In this document: piece after piece, positions 36,794 to 48,739 of the stretch | Numbering within the stretch: the first letter of the stretch is position 1 | Layout of the letters: each line of letters opens with the position of its first letter | Assembly (NCBI RefSeq): GCF_046119375.1 | Contig: NW_027362763.1 | Span: 61,318,001 to 61,382,000 of the forward strand | From: Phyllobates terribilis | Lineage: Eukaryota | DNA: 64,000 nt | Reading direction: 5' to 3' | Program-made: the position numbers and the translations under genes | The notes under the pieces: generated by a model | The model's database searches: none | Told to the model about the DNA's origin: nothing | Seen by the model: only the letters and a program-made list of their open reading frames with translations

Positions 36794-36795
36794 AC

Positions 36796-37982
36796 TGTAA
36801 CGGGTCTGGGAGGTGGAACCTCTGAGCAACTTATACAAGGGGGCAGTCCTTGTAAGGAAGCGGGTGGCGACCAGGGAAGACAGGCAGGCGGTCACAGCAG
36901 GTGACCGGGACAGTCTCTGGGTAAACGGGCAGGAGGTCACAGCAAGTGACCGGGACAGTCTCTGGGTAAACGGGCAGGAGGTCACAGCAAGTGACCGGGA
37001 CAGTCTCTGGGTAAACGGGCAGGAGGTCACAGCAAGTGACCGGGACAGTCTCTGGGTAAACAGGCAGGAGGTCACGGCAAGTGACCAGGGCAGTCTCTGG
37101 GTAAACGGGCAGATACGACCTGTGACGGCTGAGCCTCCAGGTAGGCTAGCAGGCAGATGGCAGATGAGTGCTCCCAGGTGAGCAGGCGAGAGTCTCAGGA
37201 TAAGCAGGTGGTCACAGCATGTGACGGCGGAGCCTCCAGGTAGGCTAACAGGCAGGTAGCAGATGAGCGCTCCCAGGTGAGCGGGCAAGAGTCTCTGGAC
37301 TGGCAGGTGGTCACAGCACGTGACGGCGGAGCCTCTAGGTAGGCTAACAGGCAGGTAGCAGATGAGCGCTCCCAGGTGAGCGGGCAAGAGTCTCTGGACT
37401 GGCAGGTGGTCACAGCACGTGACGGCGGAGCCTCTAGGTAGGCTAACAGGCAGGTAGCAGATGAGCGCTCCCAGGTGAGCGGGCAAAAGTCTCTGGACTG
37501 GCAGGTGGTCCCAGCACGTGACGGCGGAGCCTCCAGGTAGGCTATCAGGCAGGTAGCAGGTGAGCGCTCCCAGGTGAGCGGGCAAGAGTCTCTGGACTGG
37601 CAGGTGGTCACAGCACGTGACGGCGGAGCCTCCAGGTAGGCTATCAGGCAGGTAGCAGGTGAGCGCTCCCAGGTGAGCGGGCAAGCTGGTCCATAGACAG
37701 ACTGACAGGTGTCGGAAGGCAGACCGTCGGACCTCAGGCTAGCAAGCAGGAAAGCGGATGACAGGCAGGAATCAGGCAGCAAACTGGCAGGAGACTGGGG
37801 GACTCCTTAGGGCGACGCACGCGGCCCCTTTAAGAGAGGGGGAGTGCGCGCGCGCCCTAAGCACAGTGACCGGGGGAGAGCGGGCGCTGCAAGCAGAGCG
37901 GGAGGAAGCCGTCGGGCACAGAGCAGAGAGGTGAGGGGAACAGCGTCCCTGCCTAGCAGGAGGCAGGGACGCCGACGCTACA
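36796..37982 (-). repeat. 5' LTR (1187 bp) lacking the TATA/TSS block
   Basis: Matches the 3' LTR except for 5 vs 7 45-mers, 6 vs 8 ~99-mers and a ~233-bp deletion at ~37797 (90+185+233 = 508, the full length difference). Confidence 0.95.
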
Positions 37983-39529
37983 ATGTTACATTTGCACATA
38001 GGACCCCTTGTTCGAAAGGAGCTTCTGAACTCTCTCGTCCATTGAATTTGTCAGGTTTTGGATGGTTTCTGCTTCAATTGTTTTGCATGAGGACAGAATA
38101 CCCTCCCAGAGCTATTGCTTAGATGTGAACTGCCTCCCGCCATCATAGACACTCCTTTTGATGATGCTCCAGAGGTTCTCAATGGGTTTGAGGTCAGGGG
38201 AGCATGGAGGTCACACCATAAGTTTGTCCCCTTTTATGCCCATATCAGCCAGAGATGCAGATGTGTTATGTGCAGCATGAGACGGGGCATTATCATGCAT
38301 GAAAATGATCTCGATGGTCCAGATGGATGGAGTGGAGGATGGCTGGTTGATGGACACCCCATGCAAACATGGCTACGACGCTAACAAGGAGGAGGTGGAG
38401 TAATGTTTTGGGCTGGAATCATGGGGAGAGAGATTGTCGGCCCTTTTAGGATCCCTGAAGGGGTAAAGATGAACTCCATAATGTATGTTGAGTTTCTCAA
38501 ACAGCACTTCCTGCCATGGTTCAAGAAGAAGAACCGTGCATTCCGCAGCAAGATCATTTCATGCATGATAATGCCCCGTCTCATGCTGCACATAACACAT
38601 CTGCATCTCTGGCTGATATGGGCATAAAAGGGGACAAACTAATGGTGTGACCCCCATGCTCCCCTGACCTCAACCCCATTGAGAACCTCTGGAGCATCAT
38701 CAAAAGGAGTGTCTATGATGGCGGGAGGCAGTTCACATCTAAGCAACAGCTCTGGGAGGGTATTTTGTCCTCATGCAAAACAATTGAAGCAGAAACCATC
38801 CAAAACCTGACAAATTCAATGGACGAGAGAGTTCAGAAGCTCCTTTTGAACAAGGGGTCCTATGTGCAAATGTAACATCACCTAGAATAAAGTTTTGAGT
38901 TGAAAACTGTTTGATTTCAGTTTGTAATAACCTGCTAATGCTTATAATTTCAAAAATGACCTTTTTTTTTTCTTTATTAAAATGAAAAGGTTGAAAACTC
39001 TGCTGTGCATAATAATTTGGAACATGCATTTTGAGTGCAGTTTGAGTTTTTTATTTTTTTAAAAATATACTGTTATCATAGGCAGTTTGTACAAAAAACT
39101 TTCAATTGTACTCTAATAGTTATTTGACTGGAAAATTACAATGACTGCAATTCATATAGGTAATTTGGGGAAATCTGAGAAAATATTATTTGNNNNNNNN
39201 NNNNNNNNNNNNNNNNNNNNNNNNNNNNNNNNNNNNNNNNNNNNNNNNNNNNNNNNNNNNNNNNNNNNNNNNNNNNNNNNNNNNNNNNNNNNNNNNNNNN
39301 NNNNNNNNNNNNNNNNNNNNNNNNNNNNNNNNNNNNNNNNNNNNNNNNNNNNNNNNNNNNAGGGGACATTGTTGAAAGTTGTATTCTGCCCCCGCTGTCT
39401 CCAACAAGTGTAAAATTAAGAATGTCAACATTGTCTCCTGCACACGCCGATCTCAGCGCCGGCGCTTGGGAGCAGTCAGAACTGTACCACTTGTTTCCAA
39501 GTGCCGGTATGTGTCACACTGATGTCATC

Positions 39530-39753
39530 TGTGTCTCATCAGTGTACACGTGTGTGGGACGTTTTGCAGCCCATACGGCATGCAAAAAATGGACATGTCA
39601 GCGTGTTTTGCCCACAGACACACGGTCCGTGGAAATACACTGACATGTGCACAGACCCAGTCATTTGAATGGGTCTACGTGTGTCAGTGTCTCCAGCGCG
39701 TGTGGAAACTGTCACCACACATACCGGACACACAGACGTGTGAAAGAGCCCTA
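39530..39753. mobile_element. Harbinger-like MITE fragment related to 7592-7873
   Basis: Inverted homology to 7600-7800; ends gacgtgtgaaagagcccta. Confidence 0.65.
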
Positions 39754-40395
39754 AGACAGTTGTGATATCAAATTCTAACCTCTAGACCACTAATATCCCT
39801 CCTGGCCAAAGGTAAGTTAGAATTTCATACCCGATAATCCTGGTGATCTAGAGTGGGTTTAGAAGTTCGGATCCAATATCACTTTTGGTTTAGTTGGGGT
39901 TAGAAATTAAGAAAAAAAAAAATTCATCCACCCTAATCCAGCTGGAACATCATAGTTTAACCTCTAACCCACCATACACCACCAAGGATATTAGATCTTA
40001 ACCTCTATCCAATTCTAAATTAGGAGGAATAAGAGGTCTTGCCCACTAGCCCACTCGTGATATTAAATATTAAAAGGGGTTGTCCGGTTAAAACAAATGA
40101 TCACCTATTATGGATAGGGTGATATTTTTTTGATTGGTGGGGGATCGGACCGGTGGAAATGAGAAATGGTTATACCTGTTGAAAGAAGCGTCAGCGCACA
40201 TACGCGACCTGCATTCCAGTCACTCCCTGACCCGTCGTGCCATGTTATAATGGGGATAAAAGTCCTCAGTTCTCCTGTACGGTGAGGATTTCAGTGGGGC
40301 ACCCACCAATCCCCAAGTTATCACCCATCTTGTGGATAGGTGATAACTAGTTTCAACCGGACAACTTTAATTTTATACCACCGTAGATTACATAA

Positions 40396-40715
40396 AATAT
40401 TAGATCTTAACCTCTAGCCCACCAGGAATATTAGATCTTAACCTCTAGCCCACCAGGAATATTAGGTTTTAACCTCTAGCCCACCAGGAATATTAGATCT
40501 TAACCTCTACCCCACCAGGAATATTAGGTCTTAACCTCTACCCCACCAGGAATATTAGGTCTTAACCTCTAGCCCACCAGGAATATTAGGTTTTAACCTC
40601 TAGCCCACCAGGAATATTAGGTCTTAACCTCTACCCCACCAGGAATATTAGGTCTTAACCTCTACCCCACCAGGAATATTAGGTTTTAACCTCTAATCAA
40701 CTCTAGACCACCAGG
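40396..40715. repeat. 31-bp minisatellite, ~10 copies
   Basis: Unit aatattagatcttaacctctagcccaccagg; degenerate copies at 39770-40070. Confidence 0.92.
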
Positions 40716-40801
40716 GATGTTGGGTCTTAAAGGGATTTTCAATTTTCAACAAGGTGGCCTATAAACAGGATTTGGACATATTAGCAGGAAAAGGTACTCA
40801 C

Positions 40802-40894
40802 CGGCCACACTTGTCCCTTGGCTGGTTCATTATCCTGGTCTTGATCACATCAGCGGGGGTCCCTAAAGTAGCAGCTACAAGTCCTGAACATATG
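40802..40894 (-). CDS. SLC25A27: SLC25A27 exon 7
   Basis: taaaag|..[31 protein letters not shown]|gtgagt; third carrier signature PxDxxKxR; 93 nt. Confidence 0.96.
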
Positions 40895-41220
40895 CTTTTA
40901 CGAAAGATGAACACGGATGTCAGACATTAGGACCATATAGTAGATAAACTTACAGAATAACAAATACCCACAACTAAATAGCTCTAAAATAATGTTTTTA
41001 ATTGTATAAATAAAAACGTTAGGTCAATTAGCCAAAAAGTGCGATCAGAAGCAGAGATGAGCGGATAAATTCACAGGACTCTGAACCAGTAGCCACATCA
41101 GTGGTCCGTACTCGCTGGACGGAAGCCTTGCGGACCACCTCCTACCTGCAGTCATCAGGGGGCTCCTCATTTGATTAACAGGCACGGTATGATGTCATGT
41201 GTGCATTACGCTGCAACAAC

Positions 41221-41735
41221 GTACAGGAGAAGGAGGTGAGCTGTGACATCACCTATTGTGAATGGTGGATCCTGTGTTCTCTACTGTATATAGAGATGTT
41301 ATCAGTCATTGTACAGGAGGAGGAGGTGAGCTGTGACATCATCTATTGTGAATGGGGGATCCTGTGTCATCTGCTGTATATAGAGATGTTATCAGTCATT
41401 GTACAGGAAGAGGAGGTGAGCTGTGACATCACCTATTGCGAATGGTGGATCCTGTGTTCTCTACTGTATATAGAGATGTTATCAGTCATTGTACAGGAGG
41501 AGGAGGTGAGCTGTGACATCATCTATTGTGAATGGGGGATCCTGTGCTATCAGCTGTATATAGAAGTGTTATCAGTCATTGTACAGGAAGAGGAGGAGGT
41601 GAACTGTGACATCAGCTATTGTGAATGGGGGATCCTGTGTCATCTGCTGTATATAGAGATGTTATCAGTCATTGTACAGGAAGAGGAGGTGAGCGGTGAC
41701 ATCACCTATTGTGAATGGTGGATCCTGTGTTATTT
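41221..41735 (+). repeat. 90-93-bp minisatellite array A (~5.5 copies)
   Basis: Unit gtgagctgtgacatcacctattgtgaatggtggatcctgtg..tatagagatgttatcagtcattgtacaggaggaggag. Confidence 0.93.
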
Positions 41736-42491
41736 ATTACATACAGATGTGTAATCTTACATAGTGATCCTGTCTGCGACAATAATGAGACCGCTGAAAA
41801 GTCATTTGCACACAACAGGAAGTGTGTGTCCAGAACATCGCTTAGTGGCCAGTGTGAAAATTCCAAGGTAAGATTTTTTTTTCCAATATAGAAAGTGATA
41901 TGAAACAAAAAAGTTGAGGAAAAAAAAAAAAAATTCTGAAAACATTTTCAACCATTTAAAAAAAAATAAATAAACACATGTAACCTATAAAACAGATGTG
42001 AATAATCATTTGGTTTCTTATCACATTTTGTCTGTAAATTACAATTAGAACATCCTTGTATGTCCAAAATGAGGAAAGGGCTAAAAAGTTTCTACACTTT
42101 GGAACTGACTGTTCTCTTGGTCAGCTCAATAAAAATGGGAGAAAAGGATCCGGAACCTAGAAAACATTTACAACACATAGGGGACAACCTCATGTTAACT
42201 GCTCAATTGCCCCATGCAAAATAACAAATTACCTCCTGGGCCGGTGCCCCTCCTGCAATCTCAGCAGGTATGTGACCCTTATGTGACCACTGCAGCCAAT
42301 CAGTGGATGCTGATGGACGGCAACCTTCAATATTCCACAGGGACAACTGCTCTGCTGGATTACGAAAAGGCTGCAGACGATCAGCGGCTGCCGATTGGCC
42401 GCAGCGCTCGTGTTCCCAACCCATAATGTGACTTCACAGCGCCGATTATTTTTGGACCCCCCCCCCGCCGAACATAAAGCGAGGACATTAC

Positions 42492-42576
42492 CTGGAAATA
42501 CTGTGACAGAAGCTGTTGTCCTGCAGGTTTGTGTTCCGCAGTAGAAAGTGTTTCACAGAATCATAAGTGGTCAGAT
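42492..42576 (-). CDS. SLC25A27: SLC25A27 exon 6
   Basis: ttctcctttcctcag|DLTTYDSVKHFLLRNTNLQDNSFCHSISS|gtaatg; 85 nt. Confidence 0.95.
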
Positions 42577-43299
42577 CTGAGGAAAGGAGAAAAGGTACAA
42601 AAAGGAATTCTGGGTTTCCTGTTAATAGGATGGGGCCATAGACACCTATGGAACACCTTCTAGGACGCAGACTTTTGAGAAAACAGTTCCCTTTGTTACC
42701 GAGACAAAGTGGCCAATGTGTGAAGGTAGCGATGAAGAGGAGAAAAGCCCGGGAATATACGCAGCTCTCTCCATTCAGGCCCATGAAGGTCAGAGAGAAT
42801 GTGTCATCAGAAAATGTCCCACTGTTTAAATAAGATTTTATGTTAAAAACATTTTATTTGTTTTTCCAGTTTTCCATATCGGAATCTGAATTAAAAAAAA
42901 TAAATAAAAAGAAGATCTAAAATCTTGCACTTTTCACACTGACCACTAGACTTTCCACTAGGATCATACAGACGCTTCAGCAGTCTCATTATCAGAAAAG
43001 ACAGGATGATAATAAAAGGCAACAAAGACAATAGGTAGAGATAGTGCAAATCCAGGGGCCAGGACGGGAGCCATGCGAACCACCTATTGCCCAGGCTCCG
43101 CTTCTGATTAGCAGACCTGGTGTAACAGCATCGTTGCGTCGTGACACACGAGTGATGCTACGGCTGACCGGTAAATCAAAAGAAGGCGGATGCTGGCAGG
43201 TTGGAGGCAGTTCTCAGAGCTCTCGTCTGAAGAGATACAGAATACTGACCTGGCCACAGAACCAGTACCTGACAATTGATTTGCACCAGCTCTAGTAAC

Positions 43300-43862
43300 C
43301 AGTAATGTCACAGCTCACCTACTCCTCCTGTACAATGAGTGATAACACCTCTATATACAGTACAGAATCCACCATTCACAATAGCTGATGTCACAGCTCA
43401 CCTCCTCCTTCTGTACAATGACTGATAACACCTCTATATACAGTAGATAACACAGGATCCACCATTCACAATAGGTGATGTCGCAGCTCACCTCCTCCTC
43501 CTCCTGTACAATGACTGATAACACCTCTATATACAGGAGATAACACAGGATCCACCATTCACAATAGATGATATCACAGCTCTCCTCCTCCTGTACAATG
43601 ACTGATAACACCTCTATATACAGTAGATAACACAGGATCCACCATTCACAATAGGTGATGTCACAGCTCACCTCCTCCTCCTGTACAATGACTGATAACA
43701 CCTCTATATACAGTAGATAACACAGGATCCACCATTCACAATAGGTGATGTCACAGCTCTCCTCCTCCTCCTGTACAATGACTGATAACACCTCTATATA
43801 CAGTAGATGACACAGGATCCACCATTCACAATAGGTGATGTCACAGCTCACCTCCTCCTCCC
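43300..43862 (-). repeat. 90-93-bp minisatellite array B (~6 copies), inverted relative to array A
   Basis: Reverse complement of the array A unit (cacaggatccaccattcacaataggtgatgtcacagctcac). Confidence 0.93.
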
Positions 43863-44434
43863 CCTCACTTTCATCCTTTCCCAGATTAGAGCATGTCTAG
43901 GTTACACTGTTATACAAAGGAGGCCTGAGTCCATCTGTGGCACATAATATCCATGTGCCGTACAGGATGCAGGGGTCCAGTATTGAGACTAGTTTGAAAA
44001 TTGAAAGATTTTTCATTTTTTAATATAGTAACATAAAAAAAAAACATTTAACATAAAAACCCGATTTTAACAATAGGCCATATTCTCATAGCACATTCAA
44101 TCTCCAGTAAAGATGGGAGTCAGTAGTTGGCTTACATTGCAGAATATGGGCTACAGGACCACTGGTCATCTTATAGGCTGGGGTCTCAGAAGTGGGACCT
44201 TTATGCATCATATTCATGTCTTTGGTGTAAAAAAAAAACAAAAACAAAAAAAAAAACAACAACCCTTTAATTGCCAATTAGGTATACAATGGGAATGAAC
44301 TCAGTGCCAGCGACCATCAAACTCCTCTACGCCATGGCCATCAGCTGTCAGACCACCACCGATGGATAGATAATAATGGCTATAGGCTGTGTACCCTATT
44401 CAGGATGTGTCATACAGTATAATCATTCATTTAC

Positions 44435-44547
44435 CTCCCATATTTACCAGTGCAGCTCTCTGGACATTTGGCACCCAACCTGCCCACAAGCCACGAATTC
44501 CTCCTTTGGACAAAATGGTCACAAACGCATGATAAACCCCCCGAACC
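44435..44547 (-). CDS. SLC25A27: SLC25A27 exon 5
   Basis: ccattttag|[37 protein letters not shown]|gtaaat; 113 nt. Confidence 0.96.
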
Positions 44548-44609
44548 CTAAAATGGATAAGAGAATGGTCAGAATAATCTAACAGTTCCAGTATACCTAT
44601 AAATATACT

Positions 44610-46465
44610 ATTTACTTATATTCTTGTACATAGGGGGCTGTATTATAGTAGTTATATTCTTGTACATAGGAGGCAGTATTATAGTAGTTATATTCTTGTA
44701 CATAGGGGCAGTATTATAGTAGTTATATTCTTGTACATAGGGTGCAGTATTATAGTAGTTATATTCTTGTACATAGGGGCAGTATTATAGCAGTTATATT
44801 CTTGTACATAGGAGCAGTATTATAGCAGTTATATTCTTGTACAGAGGAGCAGTATTATAGTAGTTATATTCTTGTACATAGAGGCAGTATTATAGTAGTT
44901 ATATTCTTGTACATAGAGGGCATTATTATAGTAGTTATATTCTTGTACATAGAGGGCATTATTATAGTAGTTATATTCTTGTACATAGAGGCAGTATTAT
45001 AGCAGTTATATTCTTGTAAATAGGAGCAGTATTATAGTAGTTATATTCTTGTAAATAGGAGCAGTATTATAGTAGTTATATTCTTGTACATAGGGGCAGT
45101 ATTATAGTAGTTATATTCTTATACTGTACATAGGGGCAGTATTATAGCACTTATATTCTTATACATAGGGGGCAGTATTATAGTAGCTATATTCTTGTAC
45201 ATAGGGGCAGTATTATAGTAGTTATATTCTTGTACATAGAGGCAGTATTATAGCAGTTATATTCTTGTAAATAGGAGCAGTATTATAGTAGTTATATTCT
45301 TGTACATAGGGGCAGTATTATAGTAGTTATATTCTTGTACAAAGGAGCAGTATTATAGTAGTTATATTCTTGTACATAGGAGCAGTATTATAGTAGTTAT
45401 ATTCTTGTACATAGGGGCAGTATTATAGTAGTTATATTCTTATACTGTACATAGGGGCAGTATTATAGTAGTTATATTCTTGTACATAGGGGGCAGTATT
45501 ATAGTAGCTATATTCTTGTACATAGGGGGCAGTATTATAGTAGCTATATTCTTGTACATAGGGGGCAGTATTATAGTAGCTATATTCTTGTACATAGGGG
45601 GCAGTATTATAGTAGCTATATTCTTGTACATAGGGGGCAGTATTATAGTAGTTATATTCTTGTACATAGGGGCAGTATTATAGTAGTTATATTCTTGTAC
45701 ATAGGGGGCAGTATTATAGTAGTTATATTCTTGTACATAGGGGGCAGTATTATAGTAGTTATATTCTTGTACATAGGAGCAGTATTATAGTAGTTATATT
45801 CTTGTACATAGGGTGCAGTATTATAGTAGTTATATTCTTGTACATAGGAGCAGTATTATAGTAGTTATATTCTTGTACATAGGGGGCAGTATTATAGTAG
45901 TTATATTCTTGTATATAGGGGCAGTATTATAGTAGTTATATTCTTGTACATAGGAGCAGTATTATAGTAGTTATATTCTTGTACATAGGGTGCAGTATTA
46001 TAGTAGTTATATTCTTGTACATAGGGGCAGTATTATAATAGTTATATTCTTGTATATAGGGGCAGTATTATAGTAGTTATATTCTTGTACATAGGGTGCA
46101 GTATTATAGTAGTTATATTCTTGTACATAGGGGCAGTATTATAATAGTTATATTCTTGTATATAGGGGCAGTATTATAGTAGTTATATTCTTGTATATAG
46201 GAGGCAGTATTATAGTAGTTATATTCTTGTACATAGGAGCAGTATTATAGTAGTTATATTCTTGTACATAGGGTGCAGTATTATAGTAGTTATATTCTTG
46301 TACATAGGGGCAGTATTATAATAGTTATATTCTTGTATATAGGGGCAGTATTATAGTAGTTATATTCTTGTATATAGGAGGCAGTATTATAGTAGTTATA
46401 TTCTTGTACATAGGGGGCAGTATTATAGTAGTTATATTCTTGTACATAGGGGGCAGTATTATAGC
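44610..46465. repeat. 35-36-bp AT-rich minisatellite, ~50 copies
   Basis: Unit gtattatagtagttatattcttgtacataggggca. Confidence 0.96.
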
Positions 46466-46510
46466 ATTTCACAGAGGGGCAGTTTTAGGATTACTTTCTA
46501 GTATATAAAG

Positions 46511-46690
46511 CAGTCCTCAAGGTCCACCAACCTATCATTTTCCAGGATTTCTTAGTATTGCACATGTGAAAGAACCTGTGGTAATTGCTGACGCCTTGAT
46601 AATAATATTATCACCTATGCAATACTAAGGAAATCCTGGAAACAAGATCTGTCGGTGGACCTTGAGGACTGGAGTTGATGAACACGGATA
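46511..46690. mobile_element. hAT-type MITE remnant (family of 52710-52889)
   Basis: cagtcctcaaggtccacc / ggtggaccttgaggactg inverted arms; aatactaaggaaatcctg core. Confidence 0.7.
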
Positions 46691-47400
46691 TAAGGAGCAG
46701 CGCTGTATATTCCTGTCCACTCAGCAATATTAGATTAATTGGCAATAATTACTTACTGTTAACAGGTGTAAGAGTGCATTGTTGTTCCAAGTGGAAAGAG
46801 AACATGAACCCTAAAGACATGCTGTCTGAAATATTACTATTTTGCAACAATCATAAATAAATATATATTATTTTTAATACAAAGTGAGTACAACTACGCA
46901 CATAAACAAAATTGTTAGTACCTTCTGTTAAAGCAAGAAAAACCAACAATGTTCACGGAAACTGACAAAAGTAATTAGCAATTTAAATTTACTGAATTGT
47001 CACTAATGAGAATCAGACATTGCTTTAAAATTGTGGATCAACAGAATAATAAAAAAACAAAACTAATGAAACTTCTCAACTTAAGTTTATGAGGGCCAGA
47101 ATATTACCTCCGGATTCAGGTCATTTAGAAGTTGAGGTCACAAGATGGCGGCGCAGGACCGGAGCGGCGCCAAGAACAGCTGAAGACGGCGGCTGGAGAG
47201 TACAATACTAGGGTCAGGGAACTTACATTAGTGCCACCACTCCAGCGCTGAAATAAGAAAAAACACTGGTGTTTTAAGGGTACCACCATTTTTGTCTAGG
47301 CCATGTTCATTAGTTATTTTTTTCTCTTTTTTATTTTTATTTTTTTCAGTTAAACCAATGTCTGATTTTCATTAGTTGATATTGAGTAAATTTACATTGA

Positions 47401-48318
47401 GGCTATGTGCCCACGATGCAGAAATGCTGCAGATTTTTTCCACATCTCCCTAGCAGGAAAAACACGTGCGGATTTTACATGCGTTTTTCCTGCCAGGTAG
47501 AAGTGTTTGCCAAGCGTTTTTGCAGCATTTCTGCATGCGGGTTATCAAGCGCTTTTCCAAGCGATTTTAGCATCACTTGGAAAAGTGCTTGACAACTTGG
47601 TCACACTATATAAATCCATGTAACCGGCATGGATTTATATAGTGTGACAAAGTTAATAGTTAAAAAGAATGGTAAAAAATAAAAAAACATTATACTCACC
47701 TTCTGATGGCCCGCGGTCTTTTCTCCGGTGCGTCCGGTCTCCCTGGTGGCTCGCGGTGGTGTAAAAAGACCTTTTATGACGTCATTTAGTCATGTGACAG
47801 GTCATGCAACAGCCAACGTCAGAGGTTGCGTGACCTGTCATGTGACTAAATGATGTAATGGAAGGTCCTTTTAGACCATCGCGAGCCGCCAGGGAGCCAG
47901 GACGCATCACTGAGGAGACCGGGGACCATCGGAAGGTGAGTATAACGTTTATTTTTTATTTTAAATTCTGGATGGTACCCGGGTCTGGATGAGAGTCTCC
48001 TCTTCTCCAGACCCGGGTACCATCCATACATTGAATCGGTTAATATCCTCATGTGCACATGTAGTCATGCGGATATTAAGCGATTCAATGCTAGTTAATG
48101 GCGGCAACTACGCTGCGTGTCCGCAAAATTAATGGACATGTTACATATTTTTCCGCAATGAGAATCCGCAGCAAAAAATTTCCGCAGCATGTGCACAGCA
48201 CATGCGGATTATCATTGGGAACTATGGGGCACGTATTACCAAGCGTTTTTTAAGCGTTTTCGCTGCAGAAATTCCACGTCAAAAACGCTTGAAAAATGCA
48301 TAGTGGGCACGCAGCCTG
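47401..48318. mobile_element. Harbinger-like non-autonomous element
   Basis: Termini aggctatgtgcccac / gtgggcacgcagcct; inverted homolog at ~12960-14030. Confidence 0.7.
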
Positions 48319-48616
48319 AAAATTACTTTTGTAAATTTCGAGTTATTTCAGTGACCATTGAGGGTTTTTCTTACTCTACTAGAAAGGTGTCAACAATTTT
48401 GTCCCAAGTTCTGTGCTATACAAGTGAGCAGGAGAGAGCCGCGGTACTATTTACGACAATGTATAGAGCGATGCCACTTCCGATGAGCTGCGGCACCGTA
48501 AACCGGCTGATCGTTGAGATGACCAGGAGTCGAACCCCAACCGATCGGATTCTGATGACCTATCCTGAGGACACATCAATAATAAGGTCCCAGGAACCTC
48601 ACCTATCGGCACTCAC

Positions 48617-48739
48617 CTGGGTGGTTTTCCTTCGAGCCCCCTCTTTCCTTCCATCTGCATCTGGACCTTTACCAGGTCTGTTGGACTAGCAAAAAACTGT
48701 CCGATTGCTCCAGCAGTCATCCCCCCGATCACAGCCTTC
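48617..48739 (-). CDS. SLC25A27: SLC25A27 exon 4
   Basis: ccatttttag|[41 protein letters not shown]|gtgagt; second carrier signature; 123 nt. Confidence 0.96.

Larger units (their letters stand above)
30948..37982 (-). mobile_element. Full-length Ty3/gypsy chromovirus LTR retrotransposon (Tf1/sushi group), defective
   Basis: Two TG...CA LTRs; perfect 5-bp TSD ATGTT (30943-30947, 37983-37987); gag-PR-RT-RH-IN-chromodomain order; PPT next to the 3' LTR. Confidence 0.97.
30618..39192. mobile_element. Palindromic non-autonomous Tc1 derivative (host of the gypsy insertion)
   Basis: Left arm (30618-30947 plus 37988-38311) is the reverse complement of the right arm (38551-39192). Centre 38312-38550 and right arm encode the transposase C-half (LDGPDGW..GGGGVMFWAGIMG..HDNAP..SPDLNPIENLW..KGSYVQM*) with stops and a frameshift; right terminus runs into Ns. 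Confidence 0.9.

Noticed and set aside
36780-36795. Conventional tRNA primer-binding site
   Set aside because: No TGG complement of the tRNA CCA end next to the LTR; explained better by self-complementarity
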